From Bacteroidales bacterium (GTDB lineage Bacteria > Bacteroidota > Bacteroidia > Bacteroidales > ML635J-15): a stretch of 45,315 nucleotides of DNA. The notes under the pieces were generated by a model. That model was given only the letters and a program-made list of their open reading frames with translations. It was not told the DNA's origin and searched no databases. This document shows positions 9,077 through 18,875 of the stretch, piece after piece. Numbering within the stretch: the first letter of the stretch is position 1; every line of letters starts with the position of its first letter. Location: positions 1 through 45,315 of the forward strand of contig DAOOPK010000001.1 in assembly GCA_035388205.1 (NCBI GenBank), written 5' to 3'. Made by a program: the position numbers and the translations under genes.

Positions 9077-9635
9077 CTTTTATCTTTATTGTACCTGTTG
9101 GTTTAAGAATTTTCCATTTTGTAAACTCCTGATTTGATTCAAAGCCTTCACCAAAAAGAATCTCATCAGCAGTTGTTATTCTCACGAATTTATCTGAATA
9201 GATAATCTCTTTTTTCATATCCCAATATAATAATTCAGTATTGATCTTTTCTTCTTTTTCGAGACTGTTGACTTCCACATCTGATTTAGCTTCCCAGATT
9301 TCATCAGCTATCAGATATTTGGCATAATTACATTTCAATGTCCCGATTACTTCCATATTCCAATTAAAAAACTCAACATTTATTCCTTGGGGATATTCAT
9401 CATATTGTATTTCAGCTTTTTCATACCTTACAAGTTCAGGAGCATAAATCTTTATCTTTATAATGCCGGAATCACTAAAACATGTTTCCAGATTGGTTAC
9501 TACAAAAGATGGCAGCTTATTGATTTCAGCAATTTTGTTTACGGTTTCTATATCATTTTTACAACAAACAAACGTGCTGATAAATAATATCAGCACGATG
9601 AATATTTTTAGATATTTTTTAGAAACGAAATCCAC
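9069..9635 (-). CDS. lptC: LptC-like LPS export periplasmic protein (N-terminal anchor), GTG start
   Basis: 188 aa with an N-terminal hydrophobic anchor and beta-rich body. The C-terminal pattern TELLYWDMKKEIIYSDKFVRITTADEILFGEGFESNQEF resembles LptC. The start codon on the minus strand is GTG (plus strand cac at 9633-9635). Confidence 0.6.
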   Translation of the reverse strand: MDFVSKKYLKIFIVLILFISTFVCCKNDIETVNKIAEINKLPSFVVTNLETCFSDSGIIKIKIYAPELVRYEKAEIQYDEYPQGINVEFFNWNMEVIGTLKCNYAKYLIADEIWEAKSDVEVNSLEKEEKINTELLYWDMKKEIIYSDKFVRITTADEILFGEGFESNQEFTKWKILKPTGTIKIKDE

Positions 9636-10966
9636 TATTTAATACACCTTATAGTTGTTGTTTCACCAATCCAGCATCCAACCGTAATTGATTGTCCTTC
9701 AACAAGATTTTCCCAGAATATTTCTTCTTGTGATGGGAAACTGGCTGAATATCTTCCTATAAGTTCATTTGCTTCTTGTATTACGTCAGGATCATCAGTA
9801 ACACTTTTTGCTTTAACAAATTGATCAACAATTACCCAATATATACTTTTTTTCTCCACAAGTGTTTCTCCACAAGAACCACCTGCCGCATAACATCTTC
9901 CAATCAATATATAAGCCTTACCATGATTTGGATTATTGGCAATACAGCTACGGGCGGCCTGTCTTGATTTAGCAAAATTTTTAAAATTACCATAATACAG
10001 TAGTCCCAATTCATAAAACATATCAGCTTTTTTTAATAGGTCTGTTTCAAGTGCTATTGCTTCATTATAATACTTTTCGGCGTTTTCATTATCACCTCTT
10101 TTAAAATATCCCTGAGCAATCTGATGAGCAGAAGAAGCCGATTTTTCAACATTGAAAACTGCAACAGCAGCATTCATATAAAGATCCGAAAGTTTGCATT
10201 CATCACTATTCCCTCTATCTAGTAAATAGAGGATTTTCTTTGCTTGTTCAATATTTTCCGGATCAGCCAGAAATTTTGGACCAAAAAGATTAATAATAGC
10301 ACCGCAATCGGCAGCCCCACTGTTTACAAACATATCTTCAACTGATTTGGCCGCTTCAACAATTTTTTCACGTTTCCCATCATCAGAAGCATTGCTAATT
10401 TGATAATTAAGAACATCGCTGATCTTAGAATAATTTTCGACTACATCCTCTTTTGTAATAACTTCGCTTGAATATAGAATAGTAGTGGTATTCATATAAA
10501 AGCCAAGTACAAAATATTCACTTTCGTTTCCTCCTAGACTAAAGGATTCGGTGAACACGTCATAAGCTTCTTTAACCAAGGCAGGTCTGTATTTTAATAT
10601 TGATGCTCCTTTTCTGCCCAAAACCATAGGTTTTTGATCAAAATATTTAATTCTGTTATCATAAACCATCATCAAAGTATCTATATAAGCCTCTCTCATC
10701 AGAGAATCTGTTTGAATACCGATATAATATTCAATAATAGTTGTTCCATGAATATAAATATTTTTTGTGGCTTCGGGGCAGTTAATAAAACACCATCTCC
10801 ATGCAGGCATAGCGTCTTTGAAATTCTTTTGATTGAAGAATTCGGTATAAGTTGACAAATTGATCCTACAGGATTCAGGATCTTCACCATATTTTTCATC
10901 CTGAGCCAGAACATTTAAGCTCACAAACAATCCCAACACTAAAGGTAAATAAATCTTTGTTCTCAT
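9635..10966 (-). CDS. Secreted TPR-like repeat protein
   Basis: 443 aa with a signal peptide (VLAQDE) and helical-repeat composition. Sits in an operon between the OM barrel gene and lptC. Confidence 0.65.
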   Translation of the reverse strand: MRTKIYLPLVLGLFVSLNVLAQDEKYGEDPESCRINLSTYTEFFNQKNFKDAMPAWRWCFINCPEATKNIYIHGTTIIEYYIGIQTDSLMREAYIDTLMMVYDNRIKYFDQKPMVLGRKGASILKYRPALVKEAYDVFTESFSLGGNESEYFVLGFYMNTTTILYSSEVITKEDVVENYSKISDVLNYQISNASDDGKREKIVEAAKSVEDMFVNSGAADCGAIINLFGPKFLADPENIEQAKKILYLLDRGNSDECKLSDLYMNAAVAVFNVEKSASSAHQIAQGYFKRGDNENAEKYYNEAIALETDLLKKADMFYELGLLYYGNFKNFAKSRQAARSCIANNPNHGKAYILIGRCYAAGGSCGETLVEKKSIYWVIVDQFVKAKSVTDDPDVIQEANELIGRYSASFPSQEEIFWENLVEGQSITVGCWIGETTTIRCIK

Positions 10967-10977
10967 AATTTTATATT

Positions 10978-12264
10978 TTAATCATATTTACTTTTTACAA
11001 ACCACATATCTGCGACATTAAAACTAAGTCCAAAAATAATATAATTTTCTTTAATTAGATTATTCTCAAGAGTCCCTCTCTGCCCAAGTTGTACAGAGAA
11101 ATTATATGATGTCTTAGAACGTTTCATTGGCAACCCTAAACCAAAACTTATGCCAAAGTCTGAAATTAGAGTCTCCCCTGAAGCCAACTTGAAGTATGTA
11201 TTATTATAATGTAATCCTCCTCTATAGCTTACTCCATCCCAAAATTTATTGTATGATGTTTCATTAAAACCATTAGGTTTATATTCGATGCCAAATGATA
11301 AGTCCATGCCATTGCTTAGACTGTCCGAGATACCATAGAATTTCGAATCCTGCCAGTTATTTATCGTATAATCAATTCCCATAAAAAAACTATTATTGTA
11401 ATTATAGCCTACCCCAAACCCTGTCTTTCTTGGTAATCCGATTGTCCCTTTTTCCTTGTCCGATTGATAAATAGTATCAACAACTTCTGAACTACCGGTA
11501 CTAAGGGTATTGTATACTATTGTATTTCTTTGACTGTTTAGATTAGAATTATGACCATAAACAAAACCTAAAACACATGAGTTTTTAGAATTAAGATTAA
11601 TAGTGTAATTTACACCTCCCTCAAAAGTAAGATCATTTATTTTTATTCCGTTTTGCTCTACAACATTTAAGAATGCTCCGCTGTCATCATTGAAGTCAAT
11701 TGCATTTGACTGATAAATCTTACCAAAAAGATATGAAACATTAAAGCCTATGGATAAGTTTTTTAAAGGGGAAAAAGAGTTGTTAAGGACGACTCTGTTT
11801 ATACCACCATATCCTGAATATAAATAATCTTTATCAACATTTAGCAGCGTATCATTTGCTCTGATAAGATAGCCTACATTGCTAAAAGGTAATAGTCCGA
11901 CACTACTTTTCCACCATTTAAAAACAGAAAAACCAAACATCAAATGAGTCAATTGAAAATCGGATTTTGTATGATTTGATTTCGGTTCCAGAATACTGTA
12001 TTTTCTTAATCCACCATTAAGGCCAAAATCAAAAATAAATGTCAGTGTATCAATATTACCTGTTCTGGCAGGATTTATAAAATTGAGATCATTGTTATAT
12101 GGTAAAGTATAACTCAACCCTCCCAGAGCTAAATTTCGGACTGAAGTACAATTATAGATGTCACCAATGCCGTATCTTGTATATGGAGAACCAACGCGTC
12201 CCTGTGCAAAAATGGTCGCTGAAACCAAAATAATGGTTGAAAATAAAATTATTTTTTTAAACAT
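10978..12264 (-). CDS. Outer-membrane beta-barrel protein (conserved Bacteroidota family, function unknown)
   Basis: 428 aa with a signal peptide and the N-terminal SPYTRYGIGD motif. It has alternating amphipathic beta-strand pattern rich in G/Y/N/S and an aromatic-rich C-terminus. Its start overlaps the coaX stop by 8 nt. Confidence 0.6.
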   Translation of the reverse strand: MFKKIILFSTIILVSATIFAQGRVGSPYTRYGIGDIYNCTSVRNLALGGLSYTLPYNNDLNFINPARTGNIDTLTFIFDFGLNGGLRKYSILEPKSNHTKSDFQLTHLMFGFSVFKWWKSSVGLLPFSNVGYLIRANDTLLNVDKDYLYSGYGGINRVVLNNSFSPLKNLSIGFNVSYLFGKIYQSNAIDFNDDSGAFLNVVEQNGIKINDLTFEGGVNYTINLNSKNSCVLGFVYGHNSNLNSQRNTIVYNTLSTGSSEVVDTIYQSDKEKGTIGLPRKTGFGVGYNYNNSFFMGIDYTINNWQDSKFYGISDSLSNGMDLSFGIEYKPNGFNETSYNKFWDGVSYRGGLHYNNTYFKLASGETLISDFGISFGLGLPMKRSKTSYNFSVQLGQRGTLENNLIKENYIIFGLSFNVADMWFVKSKYD

Positions 12265-12988
12265 TTAATTCTAATATTTTATTTAAGCCGATAGCTGTTA
12301 AATCCGGCGCTGCAAATATGCGATTTTTTATCAACTTTTCAAAGAAAAAGCTATATCCGCCAGTAAAAATGACCACTAAATCTTTATATTTTCTTTGATA
12401 TGATTTAATAACTCCATTGACTTCAAGTAAAACTCCGTTCTGAACACCTATAATAATAGCATCGTTAGTAGTTTGTCCGAAAATCTCTTTATTATTCATA
12501 TCAATATCTAATAACGGAAGTTTATTTGTAAAAGTATTTAGAGCCTTAAATCTTATACCAACTCCGGGACTTATAGTGCCACCATAATAAACATTCCCCT
12601 CAAATAGAAAATCGTATGTAATAGCTGTTCCTGCATCAATTATCAAAGCATTTGCCCCCGGATACAATAAAGAAGCCCCGGCAACAGCAGCGATTCTGTC
12701 CTGACCTAAAGTTTCCGGAGTCTTATATCGCATTTCAAATGGTAGTTTTAATTTTGTATCAAGGATTTTTACGATGAACTTACTGTTGAGATAATCTAAA
12801 AGCATATCAGAAATTTCTCTAACTTTGGAAATCATACACAAAGATATTCTATTTGAGTTGGGATTGATTTTTAAGAAATCTAAAACCTCTGTATCAGTTG
12901 TAAATAAAGATTTTTCATAGATTTGGCCATTAGAAAAAAAATACAGTTTCACATTTGTATTTCCTATGTCTAAAATAAGACTTAACAT
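12257..12988 (-). CDS. coaX: Type III pantothenate kinase
   Basis: 243 aa. LILDIGNTNVK phosphate-1 motif and DAGTAITYD-type ASKHA motif. Confidence 0.9.
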   Translation of the reverse strand: MLSLILDIGNTNVKLYFFSNGQIYEKSLFTTDTEVLDFLKINPNSNRISLCMISKVREISDMLLDYLNSKFIVKILDTKLKLPFEMRYKTPETLGQDRIAAVAGASLLYPGANALIIDAGTAITYDFLFEGNVYYGGTISPGVGIRFKALNTFTNKLPLLDIDMNNKEIFGQTTNDAIIIGVQNGVLLEVNGVIKSYQRKYKDLVVIFTGGYSFFFEKLIKNRIFAAPDLTAIGLNKILELNV

Positions 12989-13125
12989 CGTTAATTTTTA
13001 AGGCTGTAAAAATACTATTTAATTATTTTAATTTCGTTGTTTAGAAATAATATTTATTTATTATCTTCGCAGCCTAAATTTATTTAGAGAAATATTAGTA
13101 AGTATTTGATTTAAAATTTATAGTA

Positions 13126-15231
13126 ATGGCGGTATTACAAAAGATCAGAAACAGGGCAGGAGTATTAGTAATAATCTTTGTAGGTGTTGCATTGTTTTTA
13201 TTTATCATAGACCCTTCTACTTTTCAGGGTTTATTTAATAAAAATAGTACAGATATAGCCGAGATCAATGGTGAAGAGGTAGATTACAAAGAGTTCATGG
13301 AGTTTTATAAGACTCATAGTGATTTCTTAAAGGTAGCCCAACGTAAAGAAAATCTTGAAGCGAGTGAAGATGAGCAAATACGTGAGCAAGCATGGAATGA
13401 TATTATGCAAAAATATCTAATGGAACCATATTATGAAGAAGTAGGTTTATCGGTAAGCGAAGAAGAGATGAAAGATATGTTGTATGGAGCAAATATACAT
13501 TATATAATTCTTCAGAATTTTACAAATCAGCAAACCGGACAAGTTGATACCGCATCAATCAGAAGGTTCTTTGATACGGCAGATGATGATCCTAATTATC
13601 ATATCATTTCTGAATATTGGAAACAAATAATTAAAAAAGATAGAATTAGTACCAAATATAACAATATGGTAGGTAAAGGTTTTTATACACCTAAAAAAAT
13701 GGCAGAAATGGAATATAAAGAAAAAAATGATTTATATGATTTCGAATTTGTATTTAAACCTTACAAGACAATTCCAGACGAACAAATTAAAATATCTGAA
13801 TCAGATTACCAAAAATATTACGATGAGCATCAGTATATGTTTATCGAACAAAAAGCCAGCAGAGATATTGAATATGTTGTATTCAGCATTATTCCCTCAG
13901 CAGAAGACACATTGGCTACTCTAAACAAAATTGAGGAGCTCTACGATGAATTCAATGCTTTAGAAGAAGGTCACCTTGAATTTGCAAACAGATATACTGA
14001 GCACAGAACAATGGATGTGTTTATTGGCAAAAACGAAGAGCTTCCATCGGGATTGACAGAGAACTTTTTTGATTTGGAAGAAGGCGCAACTTCAGAAATT
14101 ATACAAGATGGTAATTTATTCTATTTTGCCAGAATTGTGGAAGTTGCACAGCGTCCCGACTCTGTAATGGCAAGTCATATTTTACTTGTTCCAAATGATT
14201 CTGTCAGTATTGAACAATGTCGTGTAAAAGCGGACAGTTTAATGAAGATGGTTGAGGATGGTGAAGAATTTGCAATTTTAGCAGTTATGAATTCGGAAGA
14301 TCCTGGATCAAAAAATAGTGGGGGCGATCTTGGTTGGCTGACAGAAGGAAAAACAGTCAAAGAATTCAATGATGCATGTTTTTCAAACAAGAAGGGAGAT
14401 ATGGTCATTGTTGAGTCTCAAATCGGAGTACATCTGATAAAAATAACAGACCAAACTAAACCTTTGAGAAAAATTAAACTTGCAATATTAAATAAAGAAA
14501 TACATTCTTCCGATCGTACATCTAATTACTATTTCTCTCTTGCAAGCACTTTTGCTGCTGACAATACTACTGCAAAGAAATTTGATGATGCAATAGTAAA
14601 GAATAATTATGTTAAGAGAATTGCAAACAAACTCTCTGACCTTGATAACAAAATCAGCGGAATCGAAAATGCTAGAAACATAGTAATATGGCTTTATGAT
14701 GAAAATACTAAAAAAGGTGATGTCTCAACAGTTTTCAACTTCCCTGACAAGTATATAGTGGCAAAAGTTTCAGCTATAAGAGAAAAAGGAGTTTTACCGC
14801 TGGAGGATGTTAAAGTTTTAATTGAGCCTACCATATTAAATAACAAGAAAGCTGATATGATTATGGCAGATTTTAATAAAGAACTTAATGCAAAATCTGA
14901 CCTGAATAAAATTGCAGAGAAATATGAACTGAATGTAGATACATTAACTAATATCAGTTTCAGCTCACTTTCTTTGCCCGGTTTAGGTATTGAACCTAAT
15001 GTTAACGGGATCATTTCAACGATATCACTAAATACAGTGTCTAAACCTATCAAAGGAAATAGTGGAGTATTTATTGTAAAAGTTTTTAATTCGGTGAAAG
15101 CTCCTGAAAAAACAGATTTCTCTTCCGAGCAGCTAAGTAGTATGAGGAATTATGCTTCGCAAACATATAAAATATTTGGTGCAATAGAAAAGAAAGCAGA
15201 GATCTCAGATTTTAGAGCAAAATATTTCTAG
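13126..15231 (+). CDS. ppiD: Periplasmic chaperone / peptidyl-prolyl isomerase PpiD-like (parvulin domain)
   Basis: 701 aa. N-terminal TM anchor after MAVLQKIRNRAGVLV (typical PpiD start). Parvulin signature ASHILL...GGDLGW... Confidence 0.8.
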   Translation: MAVLQKIRNRAGVLVIIFVGVALFLFIIDPSTFQGLFNKNSTDIAEINGEEVDYKEFMEFYKTHSDFLKVAQRKENLEASEDEQIREQAWNDIMQKYLMEPYYEEVGLSVSEEEMKDMLYGANIHYIILQNFTNQQTGQVDTASIRRFFDTADDDPNYHIISEYWKQIIKKDRISTKYNNMVGKGFYTPKKMAEMEYKEKNDLYDFEFVFKPYKTIPDEQIKISESDYQKYYDEHQYMFIEQKASRDIEYVVFSIIPSAEDTLATLNKIEELYDEFNALEEGHLEFANRYTEHRTMDVFIGKNEELPSGLTENFFDLEEGATSEIIQDGNLFYFARIVEVAQRPDSVMASHILLVPNDSVSIEQCRVKADSLMKMVEDGEEFAILAVMNSEDPGSKNSGGDLGWLTEGKTVKEFNDACFSNKKGDMVIVESQIGVHLIKITDQTKPLRKIKLAILNKEIHSSDRTSNYYFSLASTFAADNTTAKKFDDAIVKNNYVKRIANKLSDLDNKISGIENARNIVIWLYDENTKKGDVSTVFNFPDKYIVAKVSAIREKGVLPLEDVKVLIEPTILNNKKADMIMADFNKELNAKSDLNKIAEKYELNVDTLTNISFSSLSLPGLGIEPNVNGIISTISLNTVSKPIKGNSGVFIVKVFNSVKAPEKTDFSSEQLSSMRNYASQTYKIFGAIEKKAEISDFRAKYF

Positions 15232-15248
15232 TTTAACCTATACTTGTA

Positions 15249-15277
15249 AAAACGTCTGGAAGAGACGTTTTTTTTTA
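15249..15277 (+). terminator. Rho-independent terminator of ppiD
   Basis: acgtct (15252-15257) pairs with agacgt (15263-15268), loop ggaag, followed by a T9 run. Confidence 0.75.
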
Positions 15278-15339
15278 TAACGTTTAATTAGAATGATTAT
15301 AAATAGGGGTGATGTTTGAAAAAAAGCGAATAATTGCTT

Positions 15340-15368
15340 TTTGGTTAAAGAAATGTAATATAAGTTTG
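15340..15368 (+). promoter_or_regulatory. Candidate promoter for the ferredoxin gene
   Basis: TTTG (15340-15343), 17-nt spacer, then TAAGTTTG (15361-15368, exact TAnnTTTG), about 40 nt upstream of the ATG. Confidence 0.4.
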
Positions 15369-15408
15369 TAAAAGTAATTTTACTATTATTAATTTAAATT
15401 ATAAGAAA

Positions 15409-15576
15409 ATGGCTTACAAAATTGGTGATGATTGTACTGCATGCGGTACATGTATTGACGAATGTCCGGTAGGGGCAATTTCTGAAGGTGATATTTATAA
15501 AATTGATCCTGATATGTGCACAGATTGTGGTGCTTGCGCAGATGTATGTCCTGTTGAAGCAATACACCCGGAATAG
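15409..15576 (+). CDS. 2x[4Fe-4S] ferredoxin (55 aa)
   Basis: Manual translation gives MAYKIGDDCTACGTCIDECPVGAISEGDIYKIDPDMCTDCGACADVCPVEAIHPE, with two CxxCxxCxxxCP motifs. It is below the 60-aa track cutoff. The track lists only the antisense artefact 15389..15580. Confidence 0.9.
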   Translation: MAYKIGDDCTACGTCIDECPVGAISEGDIYKIDPDMCTDCGACADVCPVEAIHPE

Positions 15577-15595
15577 TCAAAAAGATTTAAATTAA

Positions 15596-15630
15596 AGACT
15601 GTTCTCATTCAGAGGACAGTCTTTTTTTTT
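15596..15630 (+). terminator. Rho-independent terminator of the ferredoxin gene
   Basis: agactgttctc / agaggacagtct stem of about 11 bp (one G-T pair), followed by a T9 run. Confidence 0.8.
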
Positions 15631-15723
15631 GAATTAAGTCAAATCCTCAAATATTTTATAGACTAAATTTACCTATCTATAAACGGAAATAGAATTTTAT
15701 AGAAAGTCTATCTCTGGACATTT

Positions 15724-17835
15724 CTATTTCAGATATTTATCAAGCCAAGCTTTAAATTCCCGTTGCCAAAGAATACTATTTTGTGGTTTTAATACAAAAT
15801 GAGTTTCTTCAGGGAAAATCAATAATTTGCTTTCTACACCCATAAGTTGAGCTGCGTTGTATGCTTGAAGGCTTTCGGTATATGGAATGCGGAAATCATA
15901 CCCTCCAGAAATTATTAAAATTGGAGTATTCCAGTTTTGAATAAAATTATGGGGAGAATTTGCATAAGAATTCTGAGCAACTTTATTACTCTTATCCCAA
16001 TAAGGGCCGCCTAAATCGTGATTGACAAAGAACATTTCTTCAGTTGCAGCATATTGCGATTCTAAATTAAACATTCCACAATGTGCTATAAAAGCTTTAA
16101 ACAGTTTGTTCTCATTATGACCGGCAAGCCAGTAAACAGAAAATCCACCATAACTTGCTCCAACCGCACCAATTCTTTCTCCGTCAATATAAGATTCGTT
16201 TTTAAAGGCTTCAACAGCCGAAATATAATCTTCCATGTTTTGTCCACCGTAATCGCCTGATATCTGAGCATTCCATTCTGTGCCAAATCCCGGTAAACCA
16301 CGGCGATTTGGTGCTATTACAACATAACCGTTTGCTACCATCATCTGGAAATTCCATCTGTAAGAGAAGAATTGAGATACAGCACTTTGTGGACCACCTT
16401 GACAATATAGAATTGCAGGATATTTCTTTGTAGCATCAAATTTTGGAGGTAGGATAATCCATACTAACATTTGTTTGTCGTCAGTTGTTGTTACCCATTT
16501 TTCGATTACTTTACCAAATTCGATATTGTCATAAATCTTTTTATTAGTAAATGTAATCTGTCGTTCAGTGCCGTCTTTCTTCACTGCAAAAATCTCAGTA
16601 GCCATCGACATCGACATTTTCTGAGCAATAAATGAACCGTCGTTGTATGTTAGACTAGTGTAATCGTGTGGACCTTCGGTAATCTGTCTTACTTCTCGAG
16701 TTTTTACATTTATGCTGAATATTTGTTGAGTTGCATTTATTTCTGATATGAAGTAGATTGTATTGTCATTGTTGTTTTCGGTTGGCCAAACTACATTTGA
16801 TACATTATAGTCGAAACCTTCTGTTACATAGTCTTTTGCACCTGTTTCTAAATCAATAATGAATAATCGGCTTTTATCAGATTCGTAACCTGGAGTTTCC
16901 ATGCTAAGCCATGAAAGTTTTTTTGAATCGGGTCCAAATACGGGATATTTATCGTAGCCAGTCATTCCTTCCGAAATGTTTTTCGTGGATTTATCATCCA
17001 AAGTATAAAGGTAAATATCTGAATCTGTACTAAGAGCATAGTCTTTGCCGCTCATTTTTTTACAAGTGTAAGCTATCATTTTTCCGTCAGGGCTCCAGAT
17101 AATTTCTGCATCGTCGAAATAGGGGCTGAGAGGGCTATCAAACTTCTCATTTTTCATAATATCCAATGGATTTGTAACAGATTTGCCATCAAAATCTGCA
17201 ACAAAAATATGCGAATACATATAGTCGTGCCATCCGTTCCAGTGACGATACATAAGATCATCGGCAATAATTACATTAGTCTTAGGCAGGTCTGGATAAA
17301 CATTTTGAGGCGTATCGTCAAGTTTAACATCAGATAGAAATAAAACCTTGTCGCCTGTAGGAGAAATTTTAAAAACATTTACACTTGTTGCGAGATCTGA
17401 TATTTTTGTTTTTTCTGATCCATCTACATTGACAGTCCAAAACTGAACGGTATCAGTTTCTGTCGACAGAAATGCAATTTTCTTTCCATCATCAATCCAT
17501 CTTGGATTAATACATGAGAATTCGCCACCAGTTATTCTGATCGGCTCTCCGCCTTCTGCCGGCACAATAAAAATATGTGTATAACCTTTATTTTCTTCAA
17601 TATTGTATTTTGTTACATTATATGCAATATGTTTTCCATCAGGACTTATTTGAGGATCACTTACTCTTCCGAATTTCCAGAGAATTTCAGGTGTGAGGAT
17701 ACCGTTTTTGATTTCTTCTTCAGTCAATTGATTTTCAGGAAAATATCCGGGATCAAAAGCCTTTTTTTCTGCTTTTGGACCACAAGAAAAAACAAATAAT
17801 AAAACGATAAGTAGCAATGTCCAGTTCTTTTTCAT
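15724..17835 (-). CDS. S9-family serine peptidase (prolyl oligopeptidase / acylaminoacyl peptidase-like) with N-terminal beta-propeller, lipoprotein signal
   Basis: 703 aa. Signal ends ..FVFSCG. Nucleophile motif GASYGG, downstream GGYDFRIP (Asp) and EETHFV (His) in alpha/beta-hydrolase order. Confidence 0.88.
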   Translation of the reverse strand: MKKNWTLLLIVLLFVFSCGPKAEKKAFDPGYFPENQLTEEEIKNGILTPEILWKFGRVSDPQISPDGKHIAYNVTKYNIEENKGYTHIFIVPAEGGEPIRITGGEFSCINPRWIDDGKKIAFLSTETDTVQFWTVNVDGSEKTKISDLATSVNVFKISPTGDKVLFLSDVKLDDTPQNVYPDLPKTNVIIADDLMYRHWNGWHDYMYSHIFVADFDGKSVTNPLDIMKNEKFDSPLSPYFDDAEIIWSPDGKMIAYTCKKMSGKDYALSTDSDIYLYTLDDKSTKNISEGMTGYDKYPVFGPDSKKLSWLSMETPGYESDKSRLFIIDLETGAKDYVTEGFDYNVSNVVWPTENNNDNTIYFISEINATQQIFSINVKTREVRQITEGPHDYTSLTYNDGSFIAQKMSMSMATEIFAVKKDGTERQITFTNKKIYDNIEFGKVIEKWVTTTDDKQMLVWIILPPKFDATKKYPAILYCQGGPQSAVSQFFSYRWNFQMMVANGYVVIAPNRRGLPGFGTEWNAQISGDYGGQNMEDYISAVEAFKNESYIDGERIGAVGASYGGFSVYWLAGHNENKLFKAFIAHCGMFNLESQYAATEEMFFVNHDLGGPYWDKSNKVAQNSYANSPHNFIQNWNTPILIISGGYDFRIPYTESLQAYNAAQLMGVESKLLIFPEETHFVLKPQNSILWQREFKAWLDKYLK

Positions 17836-17846
17836 AATAGTAAATT

Positions 17847-18872
17847 TTATTTTCTCATTTTATCAATTACAAGATTCAATCCTTCAACGGCAGGATCATA
17901 ATTAGGCATAATTTTAAGAGCTGTTCTGTAATCAGCTTCTGCAAGTTTATAATTCCCCATCAACTCGTAAGTGTAACCCCTGTTGTAAAAAGCTTTGTAA
18001 GCACTTGAATCGCACTTTATAGCTGCAGAAAAATATTCAAGAGACTTTTTATAATCTTTCACATCATTTACAAACAAATAACCAAGATTAAAATATGCCT
18101 GATAATACATTGAATCAAGCTCTATAACTTTATTGTATTCATCAATTGCTTTTTCAATCTCTCCAAATTGCTGTAAAACATAACCTGCATTAAATCTTAT
18201 TTCGCTATTTTCCGGAAATAATCTTACTGCCGTTTTAAAATATTCCATTGCCAAAGGATTATCCAGCCTTTCGTATATTATTCCTAATAAATTGTATGCC
18301 TCCCAATGGTCAGGATTATATTCAATAGCTTTCTTAAGTGCCTTAATTGCATCATCAAACATTTCGGTTTCGTTCAGGATTAATGCTTTAACAAAATATG
18401 AGTCAGCATTTTGAAGGTCATTGGCTTCAAGATTTAAAATTTCTTTCATTGCTTCGGAATACATCTGCACATATAAGTATAGTTTTGCTATACCTACCCT
18501 AGCTTCAACATTGAAAGGAAATCTGTGAAGACACAAAGTCAGAATATTTTTAGCTTTTTCAGATTTTCCATCAGATAAATACAAGTCAGACAATTTAATA
18601 TAGACTTCCTGACGAAGTGTGTCAACTTTAAGAGCTATTTCAAGATCATTAATTGCTTCTTCTACATTCTTTGTTTCAAGATGCAATTCCGATCGTTTAA
18701 TAAATAAATCGGCATTTTTTGGATTTTGCCGTATCAGCTTATTTAGCTTATCTATTGTTAAAGTAGTATCGTTCAACACATCATCGTTAACAGAATTATT
18801 GTTCCTATTATTACAAGATGTTAAAGAAAATATAACGATAGATATAAGAAGAATAAAAATATTTCTTAGCAT
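17847..18872 (-). CDS. TPR repeat lipoprotein
   Basis: 341 aa. Lipobox-like SLTSC. Multiple 34-residue TPR repeats (A..Y.....A...Y..AL...P pattern). Confidence 0.75.
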   Translation of the reverse strand: MLRNIFILLISIVIFSLTSCNNRNNNSVNDDVLNDTTLTIDKLNKLIRQNPKNADLFIKRSELHLETKNVEEAINDLEIALKVDTLRQEVYIKLSDLYLSDGKSEKAKNILTLCLHRFPFNVEARVGIAKLYLYVQMYSEAMKEILNLEANDLQNADSYFVKALILNETEMFDDAIKALKKAIEYNPDHWEAYNLLGIIYERLDNPLAMEYFKTAVRLFPENSEIRFNAGYVLQQFGEIEKAIDEYNKVIELDSMYYQAYFNLGYLFVNDVKDYKKSLEYFSAAIKCDSSAYKAFYNRGYTYELMGNYKLAEADYRTALKIMPNYDPAVEGLNLVIDKMRK

Positions 18873-18875
18873 TTC

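Noticed and set aside
15389-15580. 63-aa minus-strand ORF in the track
   Set aside because: It is exactly antisense to a ferredoxin with perfect Cys motifs, and it has no start context or motif of its own.
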